From Trichoplax adhaerens (taxonomy: Eukaryota; Animalia; Placozoa), in assembly GCF_000150275.1 (NCBI RefSeq), contig NW_002060945.1, positions 7,059,607-7,123,606 on the forward strand: 64,000 nucleotides of DNA, written 5' to 3'. Positions 13,530 to 29,000 of this stretch are shown one piece after another. Position numbers and translations under genes: made by a program. Position 1 is the stretch's first letter, and the number at the start of each line of letters is the position of its first letter. Under the pieces are notes generated by a model that saw nothing but the letters and a program-made list of their open reading frames with translations, did not search any database and was not told where the DNA came from.

Positions 13530-16500
13530 ATGTCAACTCTTACGAACCAAATTCAAAACGAAAATCTGAGTGACAATCCAAGCGACGAATTAATGGGAGA
13601 TCAGAAATCCACCACTGCGCTAACTCTACTGGACGAACTTTTCGATTCTCCAGACTTTCAGGTACACCATCTACTTACCGTTCACTATTTTTCTATTTTT
13701 ATAAGTTGTTAGCCAACTCTCGCACGCCCAGCAGTACATCTTTATTATACAGTACTCCTTCAACACATTTAGTAATGTTATGATACGAACTGTACGAATA
13801 AAATGCATCAATTCTTAGGGAGTAGTATGAAGTACAATATTACGAAAGTTAGGACTTTGTAGTAGTTCGTTAGTGACAGCTAGTGGAGTGTAAATTAATT
13901 ATAAATTGAGACTCATAAATGATATCGGGCCTTCATTCTTCAGATTTACAGTAGTATGTTGTGGTGAGTGCTGAGAATTCTAATAATGACTCTAACTACA
14001 GTATGCAGTATACTTGTATGCGCGTTCGTAATGTAGCACGCTCGATTGGTTAAAAAAGAAAAGCAACGTTGCTGTTAGAATATTGTTAGCTGCAGTGCTA
14101 TGATTGCAATACACAGAGTATCCACTGTAAACGGTGTATAAATCGACCTCGATAGACTTGTCCAAAGTATGACTTAACTGGTGGATTGGCATCGACCTGA
14201 GTGCGTTGGACTAAAAATAAATAAGTCTTAGCCAGAGACTTTCTTTTGAGGAGTGCGTATAATGTAGTACTGTATGACTCATAGCTAATTATTTTGATGA
14301 AATAGGGGAGCCAGCTACATATTCCTACTTATTCGTATATATATATATACTATTAGTACGTAAGTGTTACCATTAGAGTCAAATCAATTGTTGAATATCC
14401 CTTTCAGTTAATTATTATAACAGTTTAAGCATAAATATCTGAATCGGGCCTTTGTAGTGATCACTTTGCCAAGTTTGCAGCTTCTTTACATTCTTAAAAG
14501 ACTGTTTTTCTTTCTACAGTACACTGGTATTTATTCGCCCTCAGAGATGACAAGCGCATCTCTTAAATCTATGATTGCTATGAACTCTTTGATGTACATT
14601 TTGTGATTTAGCTTGCTATTTACTGTAATGGTATCGTCAATAGACGCCTGAGAATTGAATTTCATTAATTATAGATATTAAATCTTTCCATTTTTCATGA
14701 AGTACTTTTGGGCGGGATATTCAATCCTGTACACTACTATTAGTATAAAGCTGAATACAGCCCAGAAACTTTCCATCTATTACAGTAATATGTCTAATAT
14801 TGATGTACAGTACTGTACTGTATACTCATTTGTAAATGCTGTATTAAAAGACTTCATACATGTAAATGGCAGGAATAACTCTCATCGAGGTCCTTACAGT
14901 TTCTTATGTCTTTTGAGACATAGAAATCCAAATCACATGCTGTCACTGCTGTACGTACTGCATTCAATTCTTGCTCTCTATTATACAGTAGTACTGCACA
15001 TGCACCGTACATTTACAATTTTCAAGCTTATTCTTCCTAAATTTGTTTTAAATTAGAGAAGTAAGGGCGGTAGAACAGTATTTTTATTTCTTAGCTTATC
15101 ATTTTTTTTCATTAAATTGTATGGGAACTATAGAATACAATTTATTCGCTAGATGAACTCATCAAGTCGCGATACTATGCTGTAGTTCAAACTTTTTTAA
15201 AGGGAAAGGAAATATTGAGACCAAAAGAATTTTTTTGGGGGGGGGATACTTGACACGTCACCAAATGAGGATGGCGTGTACTTTCTATCTCTGCGCACGC
15301 GTATTCGGTGACTCACCATACAGCATTGTACTGTACTGTATTATCTCATTTCGACGCACAGCACTGTACAGTGTACAGTGTACAGTATATATACTGTACT
15401 GTACTGTAATTGTAATAATCAGACTGTAGAAACTCTGGTGCAGACGGGTTAAGACAATCAAACACCTGTCTACTCGTTGCTACCGTTATACTGTACAGTA
15501 CATTGCAATTCTCAAACAAAGCAGGTACAGTATAGTACTGCATGTGAGCAAGTTTATACTGGCGTTTCTTCATCTACACCAGTATGTGCTTGTATAAATT
15601 CAAACTTGATAATTGAAAACGAATTGAACATTTTTTGTAAACAAATTTTCGATTAACAGTAGTAGAAATCGAACTTGTTTACATTGTACTTTGGGCTAAT
15701 GTGCAACCTAAAATCCTGTTTTACAAAATTTCAATTTCAATTTTAAAGCTTTTTGCCAGCTCTGACAAACAATTGACTTGTCTAGCCATTAAATCAAATC
15801 GAGCTGAGATTCTATAATCCTATATTCTCAGGGTACGGTATCGTAGCATCTTGTGCTACGATGCAAGATTTAATAACATTGCATATTGAATAACAACACG
15901 AACTGACAAAATTTGGTACAGATCAATGTAATTTGTTGCAATAAATCTCACTAAATACATCGAGGAAAATCATATACAAAATCTTATACTTACGGTAGAC
16001 AGTACTGTGCGTACGTATGTATCAAGAATAATTGAATTAAACAGTGTTTCTAATATAAAATATATCGAATGGCCTATTTTCTGTTTCTCTTTAATTAGAT
16101 AATGGCATCCATTTTGTAGCTGTCATAAAAAAGGATGTTGCTAATTTTTCTTTGCTTTACGTAGCCTTTGAGCGACAAGGATACCGGATTCCATTGGTTA
16201 GAAAATGGCTTCGATGAATCAATGTTACCAACCGAGAGCGATGCAATAGATTTTGACGAAGTTACCTTAATGGACTGCATCCAATCAGAAAGAGAAACGA
16301 ACTTTCAAATTTGTGACGAAGTTGAAGAAACTTCTAAGTAATTGACGATAATTTTAATCATTATAAAATAAGGACTTGGCATCTTAACACTTGGCCAACC
16401 GATCAAATCAACATTAATTTTCTATAATTACTGACCTTCTAAATTCTACTTAAATATTTAACCTTGGAAACTTCAAATCTTTGTAGTAATTTTACAATAA

Positions 16501-18953
16501 TTTGTACAATAGGAACTATATTCCTGAGATTATAGAGGAGGATACCGAGGCTGGAACCACTCCAACAGATCACGATTATTGTGTGAAAGAATATACCTAT
16601 GCAACGACCAGTCCTTCTAGTGCAGAGCTAAGTCCCAAAAGCGATCGCTCTGTTAAACGACTATGTACTGGTTCCCCTTCAGAAAATGATACAGGTATGG
16701 AGAATGAAGATTCAGATGACAACATAATTAAAATTACAAAATTTAGTAAAGCAATCTTTTATTTATTAGGCAATGTTACTGTATTAAAGTATCTGTTACA
16801 CTTGTACTTGTAACAAGCATTAATTTCACTGCTATGTAACCTGCTACTGATAGGATACTCTTCTGCTGCATATACGGAAACTAGTGAAAACGACATCCCA
16901 GTAAGCCCTTTAAGCGATGATAGCAAACCTCCGGTAAGGAGTTAAGAAATATAGTATATCATCCTATCAATGCATCGTTTGAGTTAAGCTCATGAATATA
17001 GCTGTATCTGAAAATAAATCTGGCCTTCTAGGACAATGTTACCGAAATCAAGAAATTGTTAAAATTGACAGATGAAGAGATCAAAATTTTTCAGACCGAA
17101 GGCCTGGTTATTCCTCAAAAATTGCCTTTGACAAAGGTTATTTAAGTTTAACTCTTCCGTTATGATATCATAATCTACTATCTATAGCTATGTGACAAAT
17201 TCTGTTCTTTATATCTCATCGATCATATTTATTTTGAAGAGTATTTTGTTCAATAAGTATGTTCTACTAATTAATTATTTCCCTCCATAGCTGAAGTTAT
17301 TATAATTACTTTTGTCATTATTTACTTCAGACTGAGGAGCGTGCTTTAAAGAGGGTCAGAAGAAGAATAAAAAACAAGGTAACAGATTAACGTCATAACT
17401 TTTTCCACTATTGTTAGAGCGATTTCTTATTTGAGGAACTATTCAAATTTCTAAGATCTCAGCCAAAGAGAGCAGACTTAGGAAAAAATGTCATATGGAA
17501 AATTTGGAAGCCAAGTAAGACTGCAATAAATTGCACATGATTAGGCATTTTTTAACCTAAAAAATATTCGTAATCGATTGAGATGTTCCAATGAACTGTT
17601 TAAACCCAAATATATGTTGCAAATTAGACTAGCAGATACCAATGCTGATATGGGCGACTTAAAGAGAAAAATTGATTGTTTAGAAGACGATAAAAAGTAA
17701 GTCTAAATATTCCATTTTATTTGCTGTAGAACTTTTCTTGTAACCATATCACTTCCTTCTTTTGCTGTAATTACAATGTGAAATTTATAATCGTGTTACA
17801 TATATGTATTTTACATTTGCATACTTATCACTTTCGCCAAGATGTAACAATAGTCAGATAGCATGATTGCAGTTTATCATAACGTTATTTTAATGCTTGC
17901 TTGAAATTTTTTATTAAAAAGATAGCTAGCTAGCCGTAGTAGTCCTTTATCTTCCTTTTCAAATCACCACTGCGTGTATACAGAACTAGTTCACGACTGA
18001 TAGTTTACTCAAACAGCAAAATCGCATCTAGATGATTTAGTCTATATGATGAGACGAGTGCACTATCCAGTAATAAAAGGAAACTCTTAAACTGCAATAC
18101 ATAGGTCTTTATCCGCGCAAGTTCTATACTGGAAAAACCTATTTTACGACAAATTCAATCAGCCTAAGCGCTCTGCTGCTACTCAAACCGGAACTGTTCT
18201 AATGGTAAGTTTATGAATTACCTTCTGTTGTAACTAATACTTTATCAGCTATGTGGTACTTTAGACTGGGTTTTAGTGACAACTTGCTGTACATTTAATC
18301 ACGGCTTTGGGCATTTTCTCATTTTCTAAGTCTCTTATAATATTGTATAAAATGTGTGAGGAAATTGCAACAATCGAAATATTTACATTGAGTAGTAGTA
18401 TTCTTATTGCATGTCATCCAAACTGTTACAATTTGGATGTCAGTGATGTCGAAACAGTTTTAAACTTTGGATAACAACTTTCTTGCTTGTATGTATGCAG
18501 GTTGTAGTTTTATGCTTTGCTCTCGCTGTTGGAAGTTGGTCACCATTTATGCATGTTGATCCAAGTAAAGATGGAGTACTACAGAAAATTCAAAATAAAA
18601 CGAATATAAATATTTTGTCCGATGCACTCCAAGACACAACATATGATACTCCTCCAGGTATCAACTCATTACTCTATTAGTCATGATTCGTAGTATTACT
18701 ACGTATCGTTTTGGTTAATTTATTAAACTAATATAAATAATGTCGAAAGCATCATTAATGATAAATTTTTGTTATGTTGCCTGCGTTATATTGGACATGC
18801 ACCAAAATCGCAGTTCGTAGCCGCGTCCTGCTAGGTCTCATGGAAGGTGAAGATAGCGGTTTGCTCTTTACGGCATCAAATGAATCGACCAAAGTTTCGT
18901 TGGATCCCGATAAATATGATATCAAGATCAACGAAACTGAATTACGAAGATGA
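13530..18953 (+). CDS. CREB3L2: CREB3-family (OASIS/BBF2H7-like) ER-membrane bZIP transcription factor, ~11 exons
   Basis: Exon 1 (13530-13661) contains LLDELF, and an HCF-binding motif DHDY lies at ~16568. The ATB + basic region reads LTDEEIKIFQTEGLVIPQKLPLTK|TEERALKRVRRRIKNK|ISAKESRLRKK, followed by a leucine zipper, AATQTGTVLM|VVVLCFALAVGSW (TM helix), the site-1-protease motif RSRVLL and luminal N-x-S/T sites; stop TGA 18951-18953. The CREB3L1 vs CREB3L2 label is arbitrary for a pre-vertebrate gene. Confidence 0.9.
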
Positions 18954-21900
18954 TGTCAACGATACTATATTCACTTTCATAAATTGCTATTATCCTGTCT
19001 TCTGTCTCTATAAAGCTACTCTTGACCATAGAGTCAGTTCGATATCAGTTGTACTTTGATGGTTTTCATATTTCGTCTTCAAATACAGTACTGCGTCACT
19101 GTATTATATCACATCTGTCTACCAAGCGGAGCAGTAAAGTATATCGTCGCATAATTAATGGAAATCTGCGGTAAATAGATTATAAATAGGATATAATAAA
19201 AACCAACGCATTGATGGCTTTGATATCCTTAGCTGTCGCGGTTTGTGCTTTATGAAACAACCTGACATTGTGTAAGTCTGCAGATTAGGTATAACAACAT
19301 GTAATTATGATATATGGCTATCAATGTATAATTTAGTTCAGTAAAAATTCACTACAGCGTTTGTAAGTTCTCATGTGTACTCAAATATTGATTTTAGTAT
19401 CTTTGATTAACCACCTGTTATATTGCTATTGTAAATGATCACGATCATGAACATGATACCTGATAATTATATAATAGTAATCATACATATAGACCATTCC
19501 TATCTGATACTGATACTTTTACAGACGTTGGAAAATCAGTACCTTGCCTTGCGCTCAGTTGTGAATATATCTCGGCTATAAGATTGTAAATATATAGTAT
19601 AACCCGAAGTGATAAACACTAAAATTTTGTCGGTTTACACTGTAGAGGTTATTGATAAGTAAGAACTCCCTAAATTCTAATATATCTGTATTAAATGAAG
19701 AATCTAATTAATAAAACGGAGCCATCCTTGATTTTAACCAACTGTTTCTTAATTAACTTTGAGACAACTGAACTATAGTCATCACATGCCATAGACATGG
19801 CAATGCACAGCAATACTTTAGACCATCTTCAGTACTATAAAAACGCCTCCGATTATAATTATAATAATAAACTACTAAAAATGTAAAGATCTAATTCACG
19901 CTATGATCAAGGTTTTTTGGATAAGGTTGTATCCATCATCAGTTCTATTTTTGTGACCTCATTGACGCATTACAGTACTTGCTAGGTAACGTTGTTAAAG
20001 TGATCAAGCTTCTTTGAGTAAAACCGCGAGAAAGTGCATATAAATACCACGCGAATATATACAGTAAGTTAAAACTCCTGGTATAAATTTAAGATAAACG
20101 ACGTTTGGAGAATATTATTATGCTTTATGTGTAAATATGAATTTCGAATTTGTAGTAGTACAGTATCCATAGTATGCGCGTATGGTATGCGAAGTTTATA
20201 CGCGTAAGTTATCATTTCGGAACTGAAAATATAAGATGTCGACTAAATCTTATCAGTTGGACAGCAAATACGCTTATGTATTCCTCTATCAGACTTTATA
20301 TTTGTACCCATAGCTAGCGAACTTGGATTAATTCTCCTTCGTATTAATTCGTACAATAAATTATAATTCTTATATCAGGTTATATGTTGTTTTCTGATAT
20401 AAATCCGAGCCTATAAAATAAAATAATAACTAGTAACGTATTAGTAGATACCGTGTCGGATAGTGATAAAGCTGTATACAACAATAACTGGATGAGGTAG
20501 CTATGCTTAGCAATAGTAAATACTGTATTAGTTAATTGTATATTATTTACCTAAGTAATAAAATTATATTGTAAGTTGATAAGCAGTGATTATTGAATGC
20601 TGTGTATAGCTGGCGCCTATTTAACCCTTGATTTCAGTAATATTTAACCAAAACCATAGCAACAGCACGTGTAATTAATTGGTATGACAGTATGGTGTCT
20701 ATACTGAATAAATAGGGTTATTTGCCAAGTAACTTTATATAGTTTTATTTGTTGACTCAAGTAAGAACACCAATTAATTACAATGCCATTACATTGGTAC
20801 GATGTAATCATTAATTTAATATGGTTTGCTCATGAAATAGTACCTTGACCATGACCGTACATCGTTTTCATAATTAGTAAAATCGATTTTAATATTGGAT
20901 TATTGCCATATTTATTTATTGGAATTTTAGACAAAGCAGTATGCAGTATGTTAAATAGATAAATATTGTTGTGTAGTCATTACAATAGCATATAATATAT
21001 TATTAATTACTCTTATAGATAATAATCGAAGATATAAAACAATGAAAGCATGAATGCAATATTTTGTACAAAGATTGTGCCCAGCTACCTGAAGGCTTAT
21101 CCATGCACAGTATACGCTAATTCAGTACGACCCGAAAGAGGCTAGTTAGGCTAACTCAGTTATGTATCTCATTCTTTCATGCTGCACAATTAGGGTGGCC
21201 AGCAATCTGCATATTCTATTGCACAACGTGAGAACTCTGACATTAGTTCATCACCAATATAATTACACTTGAGGGAAAAGTAAAACAAGCATGGATACGT
21301 TACAATATGCTGATTGATTTTACGAGATGAAATACTACAGAACTTTGATGAATATATTATCCGTTATAACTATTTATTGATAAGAATTTTTATACCGATT
21401 TTGTTATCAGCAATATTATAATAAGTAACTTTTTGTCCTATGAGATACTCGTATAAATGTGTTGCACATTTCTGTGATTGCTCTCAAAGTAACACAATTA
21501 CATGATCAGTGATTAGTGAACTTCTGCAGAAATTATTGTGACGCAATCGCAAGAGTGATATACTACTGTATAGACTACTAAACTGCATTGATCATCAATA
21601 TCAAATATGGATTGTTAATTCAATTTAAATTAATACTAAATTAGATGATGCATGTAAATCAGAGACATGAACATTACAAAATGACACAACTTCCAAGGCG
21701 GCTATAATCTGAAAATTGCGATTAAGTTATAATTTCATGAAGTATATATATACAGTACTTATTAGCCGAAATTTGTTATACGTTGGCACCCATACACTCA
21801 ATTTTTTACTGATTAATTAGTGAGAGCTAGAGATTTTTTAAAGATTTGTTTGTAGCTGCAATGAATTTTCTTGTACTCTTTATTACTTAGTTGCGAAATA

Positions 21901-24900
21901 TTTTCCAGTGTTATAGCAGCTAACTTAATCAAAGGTGAAAGAGGAGTTTAGTATTCCCTAACATCCGCTTAAATATTTATTCAGCCTCACAGCAGGAGCT
22001 AAGTGGAGACGGTAAGACACCATTTAAACTTGTACACTGTATACCATTATAGAGTACGCATAAAGTAAGATGTTGTATCACCTCGTTAAAAAAACTTGAA
22101 AGGCAGAAGTAAGAATTTTAAGAAAGTAAAATTAAAAACTTTTAAAATCACGGCTTACGAGATCTTATTCGTTACTGATATCTTAGCATGAGTATTGTAA
22201 ACTCTAATAAGCAATATCTCAACTGAGATCCCATTAGTAAACTAGAAGTGCAATAAAAATTTTATGCTATTGCGTATAAAGCGATTGAATGACCAGTTGA
22301 CCACGCTTTTGAAAATTGACTTCCTATTGACAAATACTTAGTTCAGTATATCAAAAGTCAACAACATATTGATCGCATTTCGAGCTATTCTTACACTACA
22401 AATATTTTGCTATTATAGGCTATAAATATATAATACATATATATTCTACCGATGCTGACAGAATCTCTAATTAAAAATTAGAAATTTTATTGCTTTATAT
22501 AGGAACACTACAGCAGTCAAGGTTAAGAGATATCAGCATGCAGGACTGTATAAGTGTACGGGTATATCGACTTATTACGATTAAAGTATTTAATCGCAGA
22601 AAGTCGTAAGCGTAGTTAACAATATGTTTCGGATTAGATTATGCAAGCGTAGCGTCAGTCAAGGTTATGCAGTATAGTTTTCGGAATACGGTAGATCTGT
22701 AACTGCATTACAGCTATTATCATGTCATTTGTATGATCGACACCTTCAAATTGATCAGGCAGACAGCGGCCCAATTAATTCATTTTTTTTATTACAGAAA
22801 GTAACCAGTTTTGTACGTGAGACGTAAGTATGCTAATGGCTAAGCTCAAAGGCCAAGTACTGTATAGAGCGAAACAGTATTCTAAATAAATACGGGTGCA
22901 ATTCATTTGCAATCGACTAATTAGTTGATACATATATATCATCCTGAAAGCATCTAATGCTGCTCATACTGATACTGTATAATGATACATGAAATTTAAA
23001 TAAATAATTTATAATTATAGGAGCATACGTGTATGGAAATTGAAGGTAAACAAATTCAGGTTACTATTTGATCACAAGGTTTGTTATTAACAAGTCACTG
23101 ACGCCTATATATCATCAGTACAAAAATTAAGGGGCATCATTAATGCATAGCTCTCATTCATGCACTACTAAATTATATTGTAGTATGATCACGTAACAGA
23201 GCTGTAATGCATATTCATAACGCAAGGAGTGCACTTACATAGCATGTAAATGTCATTACTGCACTCCCATTGCCGTTTGATGGTGGTGCGATCTATGGTT
23301 ATTGTCATTACACAATACGATAAATCTTTGAAGTCTTTTAATGTACAATGCAAGTGATACTTGCTATTTTATAAAATTATTTCATATTGTATAATTCGGA
23401 GGCATAAAAGCACCATAACCCTGAGACCTCGTTAGTTGTTACTTAGGATTCCAATACACTACTTTTTTTAACACGTAGTCCTGATACCATAAACTGGCGG
23501 ATTACAAATCACATGCTGGGTAATACTGTATGCATACAGTACGTGCAGTAAAGTAAAAGTACATGGAAATGAGCCGCTACTGTATGTACATTGTATGCTG
23601 TCGTAGCGATATCATCAACAACATTCATTTACCTATCAATGGAATTAACTAATGATTAGAAATGTCTGGTGATAATTAATATCGTCGGTTTGGTCGCCAC
23701 TTTGATACGGATAATAACTGTCTCGCCACTGATTAGTTACTGATGATAACTACGGTAGGCGATGATGATAATAATTATAATGCATATAATAATTTTTAAT
23801 CTGAATGAAGAGAATTTTATTACTGCGATGGTCTTTGATCACTCGCAAGTCGAACACTACTGTGCACTGTGCAGGGTGCAGCAAGTCCGTCTTATATATT
23901 ATTTATTTTTTATCTTATATCTTAAAGTCTTGAGTAGTGGTGATACTGTTCTGGTAAAATGGGAAGACCTCTTAGTTTGTTAACCCTTCCGATCTTGTCT
24001 ATTTATTAACTTGACATTTGACATTTTATTTACATTGATTGACGTATTAATAGCCAAAAATGCTGGATTTCAGCCAATCATCATTAAAGTGACGTTAGCT
24101 GAATCGAGGGTTTGGTTTACTGCAATGATGGTATTTTGCAAAGTACAGTACAGTACTGTACAGTATAGCTCACGTGAGACTACTGTACTGTATGATGTAC
24201 ATAATTCCTTAGAGACTAAAACTAAGGGTCTCTAAAATGTACATCATACTGGGTAAGTTAGCACTCCATGTTTTTTTCTGAACCCTATGACCGCACCATA
24301 TTAGATATGATGAGTATGATACAATCCTCAATCAATTAATTATTTATTCATCATTATTATTTATTATAATGCAAGAAAAAGATTTGCCTCTAGCAGACCG
24401 GCATTATTACAGTAAACTATATGGTGCAGGCAAATATAGCATTAAGAATTTATTTATGTACAGTACAGTATTTATTCAAGTCAGTAATTGAGAAGAAAAA
24501 ACGGCATACCACAATTTGTACAATACGTTTCGAACTTCTGCCTTAAAATACGCTGCGGTATACAGGCACTTGACCATATTGTAGCAAGCGATGTAAAAGG
24601 GTCAAATAGCTCCAATTTCCTATCATCATGTAATTTCCCCTAACTACGGATACTCACTGCTGTTCTGATTCAGATTGCTGCAGTTACTAATGCATACAGC
24701 ATATAGTACAGTAGGATTTGTTCAATTCTCTTCTATTCTATTCGAAGAAGTTGCTGATTATTCTTCTGCCAGACTTGAGAATTTTAATTAATTAATTTAC
24801 TTGTTTGTGACATTACAGCAAATAATAATAACAAGTAAGTAGTGACTGCGTTATAATATTATGTACACATCCATATGATTCATTGTATGGCATGCATAAT

Positions 24901-26003
24901 GCCTTTTAGGTACAGCATCAGTGCTAGAATGACGGTAGTCAGTTTAGTTGCCATTGCTACTGACTCACTGTATTTGTACAGCATTATTGAGCTAGTAGAG
25001 CTATAGTATTGTACCCAACTTTATTGTAATTATTATTGCCAAGGACCACCTCTTTTCCATTCTTCATTTTATTTTTGTTAATATTGTAAATCATTACATG
25101 CGAACAAAAGCTGCATGAATGAATGCAATGGGAAGGAAAATAACACAACACCCATTTACGGTACTGTACCAATGTTAGTGCTAAGTAGTTTTGCAGTCAG
25201 TACCGTATCTAAAATGGTGGGCAGCATGAAGAAATGTAACAAGGTTGCAGGGGTTGAGGTAAGCTCTATTGTATTGAATAATTGCATTGCATTTTTGGGC
25301 ATTGAAATAATGTACGCATGCATTGCGATATGCATTAAGGCAGGGGGGTGTCAAATCATATTATTATCGACTTATCATGTGTACTGTACAGCGGCGATAA
25401 ATACATACATTAATAATTGAATAATTTAGAATAAAAATTTTTGTTCTCGATCGATACAGTACCAGTAGCAACAGCAATCCGACAAGAAAGGACGTTGGTT
25501 GTTAACGACTATCGGTGTGAAGAGGAATAGATAGTGGTCGATTGTACAACAACTTTTCCATCCATTTGTTCCACATTATCTAGTGGTAGTCATCCCGCTA
25601 AAAAGGCAACGTTTGAACTGTTTGGTTACCGGTACTATCGTTGCTTCTATTCATTTATCCTAGATGTTATCACTCTCGATTGAGAAATTGTCAAATTAGC
25701 TGCTGCATGCGTGATTGTTCCTTTTATATCCAAGTACTTGAGCTGATAGGCGTGTAGGTGTAGATTCTACAGCATTTTCACTAAAGTAATCACCGAAGGC
25801 ATCAATATTGTGACCCTCTATTGCGTTGAGGCATCGATCGACATTACTGCAACCTCACAACGGTACAATATTGGCTAATATCAAATAATTTCGACATCTT
25901 ACTCTACGCTAGACGATTAGTTCATTTTCAAAGAAGGACAATAAACAGATAAACTAGTCTCCAAATTGACGTTTTTCAAGCAATCAAGCCGCAACGAAAA
26001 AAG

Positions 26004-29000
26004 ATGGATTTATTGTGCAGTGAGGGTTTCGAAAAGCAAGCTTATAAAGATCCTGTATTGCAAAAAGAACGTGTTTTACAGAATTTGCTCAAGCTAGAAG
26101 AAAATTACCTTCCTAATCGTGACTACTTCACGAACGTCCAACGTGAAATTAAACCTTTTATGCGATGCATGGTCACTAATTGGATGTTGGACGTAAGTAA
26201 ATCTGGCTGAAAAATGTTATTTATTAATACAGTATCTAGTTCATATTTTAATCGTAGTTTGTCGAAATGGAGTGAAAGCATTATCAGCATCATAAGTGAT
26301 TATATTATATATTGGTAAGACTTTCCATGAAAGGCCGAGCACAGCAGCAGTTTTTCATGCAGCTTTAACACGATTTGCACGTGTAGAATGTACATATATA
26401 CTGTAATTATTTTACAACTACCTGTACGATTCATGGATTACTGCCACTCGATGCTATAGTTTCATAAATTCTCTACATAACGATAGTTTTTTAGGATAAA
26501 TTGCATATAAAAATTTTATTATTTGCCCGGTGCATTTCACCTCATGTAGTGGCATTCTCTCCTCGATGCAGCAGCAGAAGCAGCATATTCGAATTCTTAT
26601 ACTGCACTGCATACCTTATCAAATCTTACATTTGCACACACTACTCTAGTACCCATTCAGTCAACCGCCTTTTTGGAGAATGATAAGAATTATATCGTTA
26701 GATAATGGTATTAATTTTATAGATATGCGTAGATACCGTACATGTATAGACTTTAATGGTATTAAACGGTACAGTACAAACTGTTATCCGATAATAAAAG
26801 GTCTAAATTTAAAGGCTGTTGAATTAAATTTTTTACTAGGTATGTCATGGAGAAAATTGTAACGATAAAGTCTTTCCATTGGCCGTTAATTATTTAGATA
26901 GATTTTTATCTATGGTTAGTATCCGTAAAATTCGACTGCAATTGGTGGGCAGTGTTTGCTTATTCTTAGCTAGCAAGTTAAAAGATCGTATCCCATTAAC
27001 TGCTGAAAAATTATGCTCCTGGACCGATTATTCAGTTACTTGCCAAGAATTATTGGTAAGTTTTCAAGTATTGTATCGCTACACTTATTTCGATCTGTGT
27101 CGGTTGCACTTGCCTACGGTAATAGATTATACTTCACAAGTTTTCTTTTTTACCGCATTTTTTATTTCAATATATCATACTGTATCTACCCTATTGATAG
27201 TGGTTATTTTTTGTCCTGTATTGAAACACATTGACATTGTACGACACAGCTTTTATAAGTGTAGAAATGAGTCATTCTCACACACGTTAACATATATATA
27301 CAGTATCTATATATAGAGATTAAATTGCTACAGTACAATGTATATAGATCCTCGACTATAGAACCATTTCGACAGGCATAGAAACCTTCAACAATTTGAC
27401 ATCCTCGTGTTGCCTGTTGCTATATTTTGCTTAGAAACGGAAAGCAATTTTTACTAAATCACTACAGCTTTTGAAAGTTTCTCATTTAACGATGAGTAGC
27501 ATATAATACTTTCGATACAGCTTTCTACTGTACTGTAATTAAACTAAATGGTGTTTCACACAATGATGCAGTATATAAAGTCCGTGATTTCGCCATTGAA
27601 AGTACATTGAACACTTGATATGATATTAGCAACCTACTTCAAGTCATCACTCCTGAAAGATATTTACTACGAGTTACCATAAATGATATTAAACTGCAAT
27701 ATATGCGTAGATTATGCACTCAATGTAAAAAATGTAATCTACAAATGCTTCGAAACCAATGAGGTTGACGGACATAATTGAAGTATTTCGTCACTGTAAA
27801 CGATGAAATTTAATTACCTATACTGTAAGTAATATGTATTATTGCTCATCTCTGACCAGAATATATCGTACTACTGTACTTATTTATTTAAAATCCTCTT
27901 TAATTAAACGCTTTAAGTGATATTATTATATTGCGGTTTTTCGTCGATCTAATTTCGAAGAGAAGTCTTACTAAATCGACAGTAGATCTTATTTGACAAT
28001 CACGATGTCACTTTTTATACATAAAGAGTGGCAAGATCTCAAGAATAGCTTTTCTTCTTTGCTCTATTTTTGTTTTAACACAAGTGATTAGTTTCTGATT
28101 CTTTGTTTTTGATTACCATTTGTATGCAATCAGTAAATAAAAAGTTTCCATCACCATACTGTACGTATATGTATATATATAACATTATACTGTAGACATC
28201 ATATTACACCCGTGATTATTCTGTCAATTTTACCATATTAAACCGTATATAATTGTTGAAATCTGCTAAAACGAAAAATCGAAAATATTTAGACCAGCAA
28301 TCATGCACAATTTAGGATCACTAATATAGCGCGGCATCATATCTTGTGATATTGAAATTATTGAATAGAATTTGCTCATGTGTTACTGTACCATAGTTCA
28401 AAACTTTAATGATACATTAATACACCCAATTTTTTTTTGTCTACAAATCGGAGATATGGCAGATTGTTATTTACTGCAATTAGTATAAAATTTATGTCAT
28501 ATCGATAACGCATTGTTCCTCCGCGCATAAATTGCAGTAAGTATGCATACTCTTGTTTTATTTGTAGCGCTGATCTATTTTATGTATTATCCTTTCCTAT
28601 TCTATTTTTTTCTCAATCCGTACACAATCGCTTGTGCCTCATTAAACGTAGCCGTCTTTGTGTCCAGAATAATGCTGAAGTATACATTATAATTATTTAT
28701 ATTTGTTGTCTTTGCTCCCGGCGCTGCCTTAAAGAATGTAAAATAAAATGCCACAGCAAATAAGGATCTATACCTATAATCGTTCATAAATTTATCCAGT
28801 CGTCAACATAGTAACGTCAACCCAAAGAGGTTTTAAGTTTTTACATTTCTGTAATACTGCTATCGATAATAATTTAGATATTTACAAACATAATACACTT
28901 TGCTAAGTGCTTGATCACGGACTCGTAAAATTTTATTCATCGCACCACTCTTTTATAATGCGAGATCCCTATATTGATACCGTAATTATTATTATTGTAA

